IMG/VR virus record: IMGVR_UViG_3300030329_006012
Coordinates: 64,001 to 128,000 of that record
Strand: one strand, 5' to 3'
DNA length: 64,000 nt
Origin: a virus
Below are positions 37,268 to 47,586 of the stretch, piece after piece (within the stretch, counting starts at the first letter, position 1; every line of letters starts with the position of its first letter). The notes beneath the pieces were generated by a model. That model was not told the origin of the DNA. It made no database searches and was given only the letters and a program-made list of their open reading frames with translations. A program made the position numbers and the translations under genes.

Positions 37268-38644
37268 ATGAAGAGAGAGACACCAACTTTCGCCCACTTT
37301 GGAAAGACCTTTCAGGAAGGTCTGGCTCGGCTCATCATGGATGAAAGAGTTTTTTCGGATCAGATCAGTGATGTGCTGGATGTGGAATTTTTCGAACACC
37401 AGTATCTGAGAGTGTTCACGCGCCAAATCCTGCAGTATAAAGAAAAGTATGATTCCCATCCTACCCGATCCACAATTGCCTCTGTCCTCAATATAGACCT
37501 GAAGGATGAGCCCGAAGTGGTGGTAGAACAGGTCAAGAGCTTTTTTGCAAGAGCGACTGCCACTCACGATGAGGTGGAAAATTCACAGTTCATTAAGGAC
37601 CACTCTTTGGACTTCTGCAAGAGGCAGAAAGTCAAAGAAGCAATGTTGAAGAGCGTTAGTCTTGTAGATAAGTGCAGTTTTGAGGAAGTTGAAAAGACCC
37701 TTACGGATGCCCTTAAACTTGGGGTGGACAATGATCACGGCCACGACTACAAGAGGGACAAGGAAGATAGATATGTTGTTCGGTCAAGAAACCCAGTTTC
37801 AACTGGCTGGTCAGAAATCGACTCTCTCCTTCGCGGCGGACTTGGGAGGGGAGAATTGGGTGTCATAATTGCCCCAACTGGCGTTGGTAAGTCAATGGCC
37901 CTCGTTCACCTTGGAGCACAAGCAGTTCAGCAGGGACTTAGTGTGATTCACTATACACTAGAAATGCCAGCCGAAGATATTGGCCTCCGCTATGATGCGT
38001 GTATAACCCAGACACCGCTGCGCTCTCTGCATGGACTGAAGGATGATATTCTAGAGGAGGTAGATAAGGTTCCTGGAAGTTTGGTTGTCAAAGAATATCC
38101 CACTAAGTCGGCCTCTTCCCTGACCTTGAAGGCCCACCTTGATAAGCTCCGACGCAGAGAAGTTCCGATTGATATGATTATTGTAGACTACGGAGACCTT
38201 CTGAGAGCAAAATCTACCCAGCGTGAAAAGAGGCATGAGTTAGAATCAATATACGAAGAGATCAGGGCCCTTGGGATGGAGCATAAGTGTCCGGTATGGA
38301 CGGCATCTCAGACCAACAGGTCGGGAGTAGAGGCAGATCTCGTTGGAACCGAAACAATTGCAGAGGCTTTTAGCAAGTGCCACGTGGCAGACTTCATTTG
38401 CGGCCTGTCTCGCACCACCACCCAAAAGAACAACAATCAGGCGACCATGAATGTTTGCAAGAATCGCGGCGGCCAAGACGGTCGCATTTTTCCAATGCTT
38501 ATGGATACCTCTCGCGTCCGGCTAGAAGTGCTCCCATACCAGGGCGACACCCCAGAAGGAATCAGGGCCATCAACGCAAAAGAACAACACGAACACCTTC
38601 AGTCTCAATACAAAGAGTTGATGGGAAGTCAAAAAAGGTCTTAA
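37268..38644 (+). CDS. replicative DNA helicase (DnaB/gp41-like)
   Basis: APTGVGKS Walker A, YTLEM, IIVDYGDL, WTASQTNR, KNRGG. Confidence 0.93.
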   Translation: MKRETPTFAHFGKTFQEGLARLIMDERVFSDQISDVLDVEFFEHQYLRVFTRQILQYKEKYDSHPTRSTIASVLNIDLKDEPEVVVEQVKSFFARATATHDEVENSQFIKDHSLDFCKRQKVKEAMLKSVSLVDKCSFEEVEKTLTDALKLGVDNDHGHDYKRDKEDRYVVRSRNPVSTGWSEIDSLLRGGLGRGELGVIIAPTGVGKSMALVHLGAQAVQQGLSVIHYTLEMPAEDIGLRYDACITQTPLRSLHGLKDDILEEVDKVPGSLVVKEYPTKSASSLTLKAHLDKLRRREVPIDMIIVDYGDLLRAKSTQREKRHELESIYEEIRALGMEHKCPVWTASQTNRSGVEADLVGTETIAEAFSKCHVADFICGLSRTTTQKNNNQATMNVCKNRGGQDGRIFPMLMDTSRVRLEVLPYQGDTPEGIRAINAKEQHEHLQSQYKELMGSQKRS

Positions 38645-38709
38645 TTAAATTTTAAAAGTGAGATATGATGAACGTAGAAGCAACTGACATAACTAAAGAG
38701 GAGAACAAT

Positions 38710-41136
38710 ATGTCTAAGGTCGAAACAGCAACGAGAGAGACTAGAGAATATTTCAATGGAGACGATTTAGCTACCAATGTGTTTATCACCAAGTACGCTC
38801 TACGTGACAAGGAGGGAAATTTCCGTGAAACAAATCCAAACGATATGCACATAAGGCTTGCTACTGAGTTCGCTAGGGTTGAAGATAAGTTTGGCGGCAA
38901 AAAGATGTCGAAGGAGACCATCTTCGATAGTATAAAGGGATTCAAGAAAGTGGTGCCGCAGGGTTCGCCCATGTATGGTATCGGAAATAACTTTGTCAAT
39001 GTTTCTCTCTCGAACTGCGTTGTGGTTGACTCCCCCAAAGATAATATCTCCTCCATTATGGACTCCGGAAAAGACCTCGCAAACCTCTTTAAGCGCAGAT
39101 GCGGGGTCGGCCTAGACATCTCAGGCTTACGCCCCGAAGGGGCTCCTGTAAGCAATAGCGCAGGCACCACCACCGGAGCGTGGTCTTTCTCTGACTTCTA
39201 CTCCTATGTGTGTCGAATGGTCGGCCAGAATGGAAGACGCGGTGCGCTCATGATCACGATGGATGTGCGACACCCCGATATTGAAAAATTTATCACAATG
39301 AAGCACGACTTGACCAAAGTGACGGGAGCCAATGTCTCAGTGAAGATTAGTGATGATTTCATGCAGGCGGTGGAGAATGATGAGGAATTCACGTTGACCT
39401 ACCCCATCGGCCGTGCACGACCTAAGATCTCCAAGACAGTTCGTGCGACGGAGGTTTGGAGTCGGATTGTTGAGTCAGCAACAACGACTGCCGAGCCTGG
39501 TATTTTGATGTGGGACAACATCACCAAGAGCCTGCCAGCCCATGAATATCCGGCATACAAGACTATTTGCACCAACCCATGCGCCGAAATCCCACTCTCA
39601 GCTTATGATAGTTGCCGACTGATCTCAATTAATCTCAAGAACTTTGTGACAGACCCTTTTACTGGTTCTGCATCTTTTGATTTTGACGATTTTAGTGCCA
39701 CTGTCCGCGAGGCCATGCGTATGTCTGACGACTTGGTGGAGCTAGAGATTGAAAAGATTGAGTCCATCATTGGTTCGTGCGATACCAAAGACGAGAAGGA
39801 ACTATGGCGCAAGCTGCGAGATGCTGCAAAGAATGGCAGACGCACTGGCCTTGGCACTCACGGACTGGCCGACACTCTTGCATGTCTGCGCCTGCGATAT
39901 GACAGCGACGAAGCACTGGGTGTCATTGATATGATTTACAATACCCTCAAGGTGGAAGCATACCGCGAGTCTTGCAATCTTGCAAAAGAGCGAGGAGCTT
40001 TCCCGCACTTCTCTTGGCAGCTGGAGAAGGACAACGCCTTCATTAAATCCCTCCCAGAAGAAATCAGGGAGATGATAAAAAAACATGGAAGAAGAAACAT
40101 TTCCATCCTCACCAACGCTCCCACTGGCTCGGTCTCAATCATGAGCCAGACAAGCTCAGGACTCGAACCAGTTTTTAGAAACTTCTACACCCGTCGCCGC
40201 AAAATTAGTCACAATGACACCCACACCAAGGTTGACTTTGTGGACGACGTAGGCGACAAGTGGCAGGAATATAAAGTGTTCCACCACAATGTTCAAGACT
40301 GGCGCGAAGAGAATGACTTCCACACAGGAGAAATGTCCGACGATATTCCAGACTTTTTTGTGGAATCAGATCAAATAGACTGGATGCGACGAGTAGAAAT
40401 TCAAGAGACAATCCAGAAACACATTGATCACGCAATTTCTTCCACGATTAACCTTCCAGCTGGCACCAAGCCTGAAGTGGTTGGCGAACTTTATAAAGAG
40501 GGTTGGAAACGTGGCCTCAAAGGAATTACCGTTTACGTGGATGGCTCTCGAACCGGCGTCTTGGTCTCGGATGCTCCCGAAGAAGATGCTTTTGTTCAGA
40601 GAGATGCCGCCCAGCGCCCGGAGCTTGTGGAGTGCGAGATCCATCGCCCCACCATCAAGGGCGAGAAGTGGGTTGCCCTGATTGGCCTTGTTGAAGGAAA
40701 ACCTTATGAGTTGTTCGCTGGCCTTTCTTCAAAAATAACCTTGCCAAACAAGTATACTCATGGTATAATAGTAAAGCACCCCCGCAAAACAACCAGATCA
40801 ATTTATGATTTGGTTCTTGGCGAGGGCGACGATCAGTTGGTTATTAATGATATTATTAACATCTTCGATAACCCAAACAATGCGATTATGACTCGCATGA
40901 TCTCTCTTTCGTTGCGCCACGGTGCAAATGTGAAGTTTGTGGTTGAGCAGATGCAAAAGGATCAGGACACCGACTTCACCTCCTTCAACAAGGTTTTGTC
41001 GAGGGTGTTAAAGAAATACATTTCTGACGGTGAAAGAGCGTCAGATAAGAGGTGCCCAAGCTGTGAATCAGAAGGGTTAATTTACCAAGATGGGTGTGTA
41101 ACTTGCACTCATTGCGGTTATGCCAAGTGTGGTTAA
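38710..41136 (+). CDS. nrdJ: class II (adenosylcobalamin-dependent) ribonucleotide reductase with C-terminal TSCPD/zinc-ribbon region
   Basis: SNCVV, GRRGALM, TNPCAEIP, CRLISINL, APTGSVS, SSTINLP, VYVDGSR, CP.C...C..C tail; no small subunit nearby; ATG 38710 behind AGGAG. Confidence 0.9.
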   Translation: MSKVETATRETREYFNGDDLATNVFITKYALRDKEGNFRETNPNDMHIRLATEFARVEDKFGGKKMSKETIFDSIKGFKKVVPQGSPMYGIGNNFVNVSLSNCVVVDSPKDNISSIMDSGKDLANLFKRRCGVGLDISGLRPEGAPVSNSAGTTTGAWSFSDFYSYVCRMVGQNGRRGALMITMDVRHPDIEKFITMKHDLTKVTGANVSVKISDDFMQAVENDEEFTLTYPIGRARPKISKTVRATEVWSRIVESATTTAEPGILMWDNITKSLPAHEYPAYKTICTNPCAEIPLSAYDSCRLISINLKNFVTDPFTGSASFDFDDFSATVREAMRMSDDLVELEIEKIESIIGSCDTKDEKELWRKLRDAAKNGRRTGLGTHGLADTLACLRLRYDSDEALGVIDMIYNTLKVEAYRESCNLAKERGAFPHFSWQLEKDNAFIKSLPEEIREMIKKHGRRNISILTNAPTGSVSIMSQTSSGLEPVFRNFYTRRRKISHNDTHTKVDFVDDVGDKWQEYKVFHHNVQDWREENDFHTGEMSDDIPDFFVESDQIDWMRRVEIQETIQKHIDHAISSTINLPAGTKPEVVGELYKEGWKRGLKGITVYVDGSRTGVLVSDAPEEDAFVQRDAAQRPELVECEIHRPTIKGEKWVALIGLVEGKPYELFAGLSSKITLPNKYTHGIIVKHPRKTTRSIYDLVLGEGDDQLVINDIINIFDNPNNAIMTRMISLSLRHGANVKFVVEQMQKDQDTDFTSFNKVLSRVLKKYISDGERASDKRCPSCESEGLIYQDGCVTCTHCGYAKCG

Positions 41137-41146
41137 AGGAGAAAAC

Positions 41147-41404
41147 ATGACTACAGATAATAATGAACCAAAAGTAACCAAAGAAGAGCGCATCGTCGAT
41201 TACATTAAGTCGGTCGCTGCTATTGACGAGGCCCTTGAGCCATTTAAGGAGCAAAAGAAAGCCTTGAAGACCAACTATGTTGAAAACAACTGGCTTGATA
41301 AAGAAGAGATTAAGATGGCCATGAAAGCGTACAAGATGATTAAGGACGATGTTGACTTAGACCAGCTTATGGATTTTTATGAAACTGTTGGAAGGAGCGT
41401 CTAA
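41147..41404 (+). CDS. small dsDNA-binding protein (T4 DsbA/GapR-like)
   Basis: 85 aa helical; Y..S...ID.....KEQKK.LK..Y pattern. Confidence 0.45.
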   Translation: MTTDNNEPKVTKEERIVDYIKSVAAIDEALEPFKEQKKALKTNYVENNWLDKEEIKMAMKAYKMIKDDVDLDQLMDFYETVGRSV

Positions 41405-41676
41405 TGGAGGTTCTCCCAAAGAATAAAAACATACTGGTGGCACCACTGGATACAAAACCAGAAGATCCTCCTGCAGTCTTACTGCCCGTCGACTACCAAA
41501 AGAAGGGTAAGTACGTTGTGGCGAGGGTTCTAAAGGTCCATGAATCAGTTAAAAGCGAGATCTCCGAAGGGTCTCTCGTTGTTGCAGAGCCGAATATGGT
41601 GAGGGAAGTTTCCATTGAGGGGAACACTCACTATTTAATTCAAGCAAATTATATACTTTGCGAAGTAAAGCTCTGA
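41404..41676 (+). CDS. groES: GroES-like co-chaperonin, divergent
   Basis: 90 aa; LP.NK.ILV.P, loop PAVLLP, V..VL.V, G..VV, V.IEG..HYLI...ILC pattern. Confidence 0.65.
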   Translation: MEVLPKNKNILVAPLDTKPEDPPAVLLPVDYQKKGKYVVARVLKVHESVKSEISEGSLVVAEPNMVREVSIEGNTHYLIQANYILCEVKL

Positions 41677-41753
41677 AACTGTGGAGGTTATGCCAATGGC
41701 AGCAGAGCTTTATGACGATGTAATAAGGGTCGTCAGCAATTCCCAAATGTCTT

Positions 41754-41999
41754 TTGGGAGCTGTTGTAATGAGTCAGGCAAACCCAACCATAAGTCAATT
41801 CGTGAAACAGGTGTTCAGGGAATATGTGCTTCCACTTTTCTGGTTAGCTGTACTCCCGGCGTTTTTGATGCTGGTTTGCATCTCATCGGAATCCGTTAGC
41901 AACTTTATATATGAGAGCTTTCACATAATTGTTTCGACCGGAACCACTCTTTTTGAATCCGCCGCAACCTGTATTGTTTTTTTACTTCACAGGGCATAG
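41754..41999 (+). CDS. possible small membrane protein
   Basis: Hydrophobic stretch YVLPLFWLAVLPAFLMLVCI; competing overlapping ORFs. Confidence 0.35.
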   Translation: MGAVVMSQANPTISQFVKQVFREYVLPLFWLAVLPAFLMLVCISSESVSNFIYESFHIIVSTGTTLFESAATCIVFLLHRA

Positions 42000-42778
42000 A
42001 AAGGGATCTAGACATCAGATATGAAGGAATCATTATTGGCGGCACTCTTGCTGCTTTAGAGAGGGCCTTTAGTTCTGGGCTCCCCCTGATCGGGATCCCA
42101 GAGGAGCCCCCCTTTATATTCCCTGAAGAACTTGAGAGATATCGTGAGCTATCATTTTCCCTCTCTCTTTCTGGGCAGCTGCCGTTTTATAACAATTTGG
42201 TGGGCATCCGGATCGACGAGGAGAAGAGGGAGCTCCTTTGCTTCACTCGCAACTCCAAAATAGTTAAGGTAGCCTTCTCCTCCCTCATTGTTGTGGACGA
42301 TCTTGAAGTTTCAGGTCTCCCCGTCGCCACATCTTCCGTGGCTACAGAATATCTTGTGTTGGACTGGATAAACGTCCGACGAGGAGGGAGCCACCCCTAT
42401 AACTATATTGAAGATGAAGATAGCGATTTTGTTAAGAAGATTGTCTTTTACCCTAGCGAGAGGATTATGGGGCGCCGAACAACCGTCAAGGATGCGTGTG
42501 CAGTCTCGATCCTGACGGAGAAACAACTAAAGAACAAAGACTATTCAGAGTCATATTCTTTCTTAAAGGCGCGAGACATGATGACCAACGCTGGCATCGT
42601 GGGGAGCAAAAATGGAACACAAGCATACAACGGCAAGCCGGCCTATCTGTCTTTGAAGATAGAGGTTTCACATCGACAGACCTTTAAAATACACAAGAGC
42701 ACATATGAAGACACAGCTTGTGTTGAGTTTGATACTCTTTCGCGCAATGAATACCTAAGCAGATTTTCGGGACTATAG
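41996..42778 (+). CDS. degenerate FAD/NAD-binding (Rossmann-like) protein
   Basis: Frame is stop-free from 41957; reads IERDLDIRYEGIIIGGTLAAL, longer than the ORF track; start uncertain (ATA 41996). Confidence 0.55.
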   Translation: MERDLDIRYEGIIIGGTLAALERAFSSGLPLIGIPEEPPFIFPEELERYRELSFSLSLSGQLPFYNNLVGIRIDEEKRELLCFTRNSKIVKVAFSSLIVVDDLEVSGLPVATSSVATEYLVLDWINVRRGGSHPYNYIEDEDSDFVKKIVFYPSERIMGRRTTVKDACAVSILTEKQLKNKDYSESYSFLKARDMMTNAGIVGSKNGTQAYNGKPAYLSLKIEVSHRQTFKIHKSTYEDTACVEFDTLSRNEYLSRFSGL

Positions 42779-42780
42779 GA

Positions 42781-43674
42781 ATGGAAAAAGAACTAGAAGG
42801 AGTGAGAATCCTTCGTGAAAAAAGAAAGTCAAAGAAGGGAAAGTACGCAGTTGGCGACTTTCACCTTGCCGGCATTGTGCCTGTAACTGGCGAGAAGCTA
42901 GATTTCAATTTGCCGTGGCACGATTCTCTCTTACCCTTGGCCAAGGATTACTTGGCGGTGGAGCATGCTGTCTATGAGTGTGCCTGTGCAGGTGTTAGTA
43001 CCATATGGGTAGTATGCAAAGAGGGGACGACGCCCCTAATTCGACACCGGCTAGGAGACTGGATTCACGATCCAGTAGAGATTGACCGGATCGCAAAGAA
43101 CCCAAGATCTATTCAGCGCGACAATATTCGACGAATACCCATTTACTATGTCAAGATAAAGCCCATTGATTTCGAACGCCGCGAAAGCCTTGGCTGGAGT
43201 ACTCTTGTCGGAGCTATCACCTCTTTCCGCATGTCCTTCAGGATCAGCAAGTGGCTTGTCCCGGACAAGTATTTTGTGTCCTTTCCTTATGGCGTTTATG
43301 ATGCAAATATTCTCCGTAAGAAGAGGAATGTGCTGCGCTCTAGCAGCTCTTATGTTATCACCCATCATGGGCAGAGCGTTGCAGACGGCTTGCACACTGC
43401 GTTCACTTTTGATAGGGATGTATTTGTCTACGCCCGTCGGGAAGTAAGGAAGTACAAAACCGGCCTTGACGAAATTTTTAAATCTGTTATAATGGATGAG
43501 CCAAAGCAGATTGAAGTTCCCTGGTATCACCAAGTCGATACATGGGATAACTACAGGGGGTATTTAGCCTCCGACAATGAGGTGCAAAAGCACGTGGAGA
43601 GCGCAAATGGCATCGTCACCTTCCAGAAAAAAGAAGGCCAAAGATCTTATAGACTCGTTGGAGCAGAAAATTGA
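42781..43674 (+). CDS. nucleotidyltransferase-like protein (MobA/sugar-NTP transferase fold)
   Basis: LAGIVPV.G, LLPL......AVEHAVYECA.AGV.TIWVV, acidic VDTWD near C-terminus. Confidence 0.6.
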   Translation: MEKELEGVRILREKRKSKKGKYAVGDFHLAGIVPVTGEKLDFNLPWHDSLLPLAKDYLAVEHAVYECACAGVSTIWVVCKEGTTPLIRHRLGDWIHDPVEIDRIAKNPRSIQRDNIRRIPIYYVKIKPIDFERRESLGWSTLVGAITSFRMSFRISKWLVPDKYFVSFPYGVYDANILRKKRNVLRSSSSYVITHHGQSVADGLHTAFTFDRDVFVYARREVRKYKTGLDEIFKSVIMDEPKQIEVPWYHQVDTWDNYRGYLASDNEVQKHVESANGIVTFQKKEGQRSYRLVGAEN

Positions 43675-43888
43675 GCTCGCCAATTATGAGCTGAAGGTGG
43701 GAGATTTAGTGAAGGTCAACATCCCAGTTGATTTCGAAGATCCCGACACCACGTTCACTACTTATCCCGGCATCGTTCTCAAAGACAGCGACGGCATAGC
43801 ATGTTTTGTCCACGTCTTTTACGATAACCAGAGCTACTATGTTCACTGGCAGCAGGTGGAGAAGATAAGCAATGCCGCAGAGATTTAG
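43607..43888 (+). CDS. small KOW/SH3-like hypothetical protein
   Basis: LKVGDLVKV ... GIVL motif; GGAGA before ATG 43607. Confidence 0.6.
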   Translation: MASSPSRKKKAKDLIDSLEQKIELANYELKVGDLVKVNIPVDFEDPDTTFTTYPGIVLKDSDGIACFVHVFYDNQSYYVHWQQVEKISNAAEI

Positions 43889-44060
43889 CGTTGGCGATCT
43901 TGTGGAGTTAAGAACTCCAGTCGAGTACTCCCTACCAGACGTTGAGATAGGGATTGTTGTGCAGGTGATCGAATCAGAGCCCAATCAAGCACTAAGGGTT
44001 GGTCTCTGTTCCGGCGTAAAAGTTTGGGTGGTAGCCTACCGGCTGAAGAAAATAGGTTGA
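43872..44060 (+). CDS. small KOW/SH3-like hypothetical protein
   Basis: FSVGDLVEL ... GIVV motif. Confidence 0.6.
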   Translation: MPQRFSVGDLVELRTPVEYSLPDVEIGIVVQVIESEPNQALRVGLCSGVKVWVVAYRLKKIG

Positions 44061-44085
44061 CAACTAGATGGTTTTCGATTATAAT
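44057..44085 (+). promoter_or_regulatory. consensus sigma70 promoter upstream of dnaE
   Basis: TTGACA-17 nt-TATAAT. Confidence 0.85.
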
Positions 44086-44118
44086 AAGAAGATGCTACAA
44101 AAAACCCCAGGAGAAAAA

Positions 44119-47100
44119 ATGACAGAAGTTAAGCGAGAAACACCGAAAGTAAAATACGTGGGACTCCACGCACACAGCGTGGCAGGCTCACCCTTCGATG
44201 CATTGGGCTACCCCAACGAGCACATGGAGTCTGCCTATAATAATGGCATGGACGCGCTCGCGCTGACAGACCACGGCAACATGAATGGTCTCGCCTATCA
44301 GGTCCTCCACGCAAAAAAGATGCACTCCCAAGGGAAGGATTTTAAGCCGATCTATGGTTGTGAGGCATATTTTGTACCTAGTTTGAAGGAATGGCATGAA
44401 GAAAAGGAAGCGGCGGTACTAGATAAGAAAAGGGCCAAAAAAGATGCCGAAGCAACAGGGACAACCGTCGAAGACGAAGAAGCTAGTAAGAGTGCTGTTA
44501 AAGACATTCTTTCTCGGCGTAGTCATCTTGTTCTTGTTGCCGCTAATCAGACGGGCCTAAATAACTTATTCGAGATGATTTCGAAGTCTTATACGCCCGA
44601 AAATTTTTATAGATACCCTCGCATTGATTTCGATACACTAGCAGAGCATAGCGAGGGTATTATTGTATCAAGTGCATGTATGGGCGGCGTTTTCGCCAGT
44701 GACTATTGGAAGAACCGAGAAGAAGGTGAAGAGGCAGTTTTGGAAGCCATGCGGAAAACCGCAACCCGATTCAAAGAAATCTTCGGAGGCAACTTCTACG
44801 GAGAGATTCAGTGGAACGCAATCCCCGATCAACATGCCATTAACAAATTTGTGATTAAGGTCTGTGGCGAGTTGGGAATCGAGCTTGTCTCCACTTCTGA
44901 CAGCCACTACCCTAATAAGGAAGTGTGGAAAGACAGAGAACTCTATAGAAAACTTGGCTGGCTCCGCACAGGACTCGAAGAGGCCACGCTTCCCGAAACC
45001 ATCGATGAGACCCGATGCGAACTCTACCCCAAGAATGGCGATGAGATGGTGGAGGCAATTCGCAAATACTCCAATCCAGACAATTGGATTTACCGCGAAC
45101 GAGATACGCCTGTATTTCCTAGCGACGTCGAGTATGACGAGCAGCTCATGATAGAGAGTGTTGAGCGCACATACGAGATCGCACATGAGAAGATAGATTC
45201 CTTTTTCCCAGACAACACTGTACGACTACCAGAATTTGTTGTGCCAGAAAACATGAACGAGGATGATGCCCTCTATATATATGCCAAGAATGGCATGAAG
45301 GCCCGTGGCCTTGTGGGGAACAAACAATACGAAGAGAGGATGGAGAAAGAGTTCGATGTCATTTCTTCTCGCGGCTTTAGTAAATACTTTCTGACCATGA
45401 AGGCCATCTCTGACAAGGCTCAAGAGGTCCAGCTCGTCGGTGCCGGACGTGGCTCTGCTGCAGGGTCTCTCATCGCCTATTGCCTTAACATCACTCAGAT
45501 TGATCCCATCAAGTATAATCTTCAGTTCGAGAGATTCCTCCGCAAAGACGCCGTGGATTATCCCGATATCGATTATGATGTCGCTGATCCGATGGAGCTC
45601 AAGGATATGCTTATCGATGAGTGGGGAGACAACGTGGTGGTCCCAATTTCGAACTGGAACACACTACAGCTTCGCTCACTCATCAAGGACATTTCCAAGT
45701 TCTACAACATCGACTTCTCAGAGGTGAACACGGTCACAGGCCGCATGCTCAGCGAGGCAACGCCAAGGGCGAAGGAGGCCAATGGCATCGCAGCTGGTGT
45801 CTACACCCCCACCTTCGAGGAGGTGATGGAGTATTCAGATAGTCTAAAGAATTTTCTAATCAAATACCCGCACGTCAAGACGCATGTTATGCGTATCTTT
45901 GGCAGTGTTCGGTCGTGCTCTCGACACGCAGGCGGAGTCTTGGTCGGCGAGGACTTGGACAAATATATGCCCCTCATCGCTTCCGGTGGTGTGCGTCAAA
46001 CACCGTGGAGCGAGGGCCAGAACGTGCGGCACTTAGAGCCAATGGGTTTTATTAAGTTTGATATCCTTGGTCTCGCTTCTTTGCGAATGATCGAAGGCGC
46101 CATACGCCACATCTTAAAGCGCAAGTATAAGGTGGAAGAGCCAAGCTTTGACGATGTAAAGGAATATTACAATAAACACCTTGACCCAAGTGTGATTGAT
46201 TTTGATGATCAGTCGATCTGGGAGGGAATATTCCACAAGGGCAAATGGGCCGGCGTATTTCAGTTCACGCAGCAAGGCGCACAGAAATTCTGTACGGAAG
46301 TCAAGCCAACGAACTTGGTCGACCTCGCAGCCATTACTGCAATCTACCGTCCGGGGCCCTTATCTGCAGGCGTCGCAAAGGACTATACGGCAGCAAAGCG
46401 AAGTCCAGAAAATATTGAGTACGGCCACCCCGTTATCAAGGAGTGCCTTGAGGAGACTTGCGGGTTTATTGTTTTTCAGGAGCAACTGGCTCTTCTGGCA
46501 CACAAGCTCGGTCGCGACGTCTCTCTTGATGAGGGCAACATGCTTCGTAAGCTTCTAACCAAGAAGGGTACCGGCAAAGGAGCCGAGACTCTTGAGGTGA
46601 TTCGCCTTAAGTTTGTCGATGGTTGTGTGGACAAGGGAATAACCGAACAACAGGCAATGGAAATATGGGAAAAGATGGAGTACTTCTCTGGGTATGGCTT
46701 TAACGCCTCTCATGCGGTTTCCTATGCGACCCTATCTTATCAGTGCGCGTGGCTTCTCCACTACTACCCAGTGGAGTGGGTTGCAGCCTTCTTGGACAAG
46801 GAACCCGAAGGCCGCAAAGAGGCGGCCATCAATATGGCCAAGAGTCTAGGATTTAGAATCGAGGCACTGAACGTCAACACTTCGGGAAAGGTTTGGGAAA
46901 TCTCAGAAGATGGCCAAGCCCTAATTCAGCCACTCACTTCGGTGAAGGGTTTGGGTGATGCAGCAATTGACCAAATCTTCAATGGCAGACCTTTTAACAA
47001 GATTGAGGATTTCCTTTTCAATGAGGAAATTACATACAGCAAGCTGAACAAAAAGGCGCTGGATGTATTGGTTAGGAGTCAGGCTCTCAACTCCCTTATG

Positions 47101-47586
47101 GATAGCAGGTTCTCAGGCTTGAAGCACTATTGGTCGTGTGTTGCCGTTAACAGACCTCGCAAGGAGAAGGACCTGGAGGACAACATTGCTGTTTATACGC
47201 CGGAGGGAGACTTCTCCATCGAGGAAAAGATAGAGTATCTAACGGACCTGACAGGCGTGTTTCCAATGCACTTGGTGATGGACGACGTGATCAAAGAGAG
47301 ATTAGGCGACCACTGCGTTCCGCCCATCTCTGAGTATGATCCGGATCTTGGCCTTGTTTGGTTCATCCCTCGAAAGGTCATCCCTCGAAAAACCAAAAAT
47401 GGCAAGACGTACTGGGTAGTTGAGGTGATTGATGATAATAGTGTTTTGACAAAGATAAAGTGTTGGGGCGTGAAGCCAAGGGATACTTTACAACTCAACA
47501 GGCCATACATGGCCAAGCTTGATCACAGCGATCAGTGGGGATTTTCATCGCGCAGCATTTACCACAACTTTAGGATTCTTGGATGA
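44119..47586 (+). CDS. dnaE: DNA polymerase III alpha subunit (family C)
   Basis: PHP motifs LHAHS, ALTDHGNM, PIYGCEAY, TSDSHY; GAGRGSAAGSL, PDIDYD, SRHAGG, KFDILGL, YGFNASHA; ATG 44119 behind AGGAG. Confidence 0.97.
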   Translation: MTEVKRETPKVKYVGLHAHSVAGSPFDALGYPNEHMESAYNNGMDALALTDHGNMNGLAYQVLHAKKMHSQGKDFKPIYGCEAYFVPSLKEWHEEKEAAVLDKKRAKKDAEATGTTVEDEEASKSAVKDILSRRSHLVLVAANQTGLNNLFEMISKSYTPENFYRYPRIDFDTLAEHSEGIIVSSACMGGVFASDYWKNREEGEEAVLEAMRKTATRFKEIFGGNFYGEIQWNAIPDQHAINKFVIKVCGELGIELVSTSDSHYPNKEVWKDRELYRKLGWLRTGLEEATLPETIDETRCELYPKNGDEMVEAIRKYSNPDNWIYRERDTPVFPSDVEYDEQLMIESVERTYEIAHEKIDSFFPDNTVRLPEFVVPENMNEDDALYIYAKNGMKARGLVGNKQYEERMEKEFDVISSRGFSKYFLTMKAISDKAQEVQLVGAGRGSAAGSLIAYCLNITQIDPIKYNLQFERFLRKDAVDYPDIDYDVADPMELKDMLIDEWGDNVVVPISNWNTLQLRSLIKDISKFYNIDFSEVNTVTGRMLSEATPRAKEANGIAAGVYTPTFEEVMEYSDSLKNFLIKYPHVKTHVMRIFGSVRSCSRHAGGVLVGEDLDKYMPLIASGGVRQTPWSEGQNVRHLEPMGFIKFDILGLASLRMIEGAIRHILKRKYKVEEPSFDDVKEYYNKHLDPSVIDFDDQSIWEGIFHKGKWAGVFQFTQQGAQKFCTEVKPTNLVDLAAITAIYRPGPLSAGVAKDYTAAKRSPENIEYGHPVIKECLEETCGFIVFQEQLALLAHKLGRDVSLDEGNMLRKLLTKKGTGKGAETLEVIRLKFVDGCVDKGITEQQAMEIWEKMEYFSGYGFNASHAVSYATLSYQCAWLLHYYPVEWVAAFLDKEPEGRKEAAINMAKSLGFRIEALNVNTSGKVWEISEDGQALIQPLTSVKGLGDAAIDQIFNGRPFNKIEDFLFNEEITYSKLNKKALDVLVRSQALNSLMDSRFSGLKHYWSCVAVNRPRKEKDLEDNIAVYTPEGDFSIEEKIEYLTDLTGVFPMHLVMDDVIKERLGDHCVPPISEYDPDLGLVWFIPRKVIPRKTKNGKTYWVVEVIDDNSVLTKIKCWGVKPRDTLQLNRPYMAKLDHSDQWGFSSRSIYHNFRILG

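Noticed and set aside
37268-47586. Inteins or group I introns in helicase, RNR or DnaE
   Set aside because: Lengths are ordinary, catalytic motifs are contiguous, and no C/S...HN splice junctions or homing endonuclease motifs were noticed
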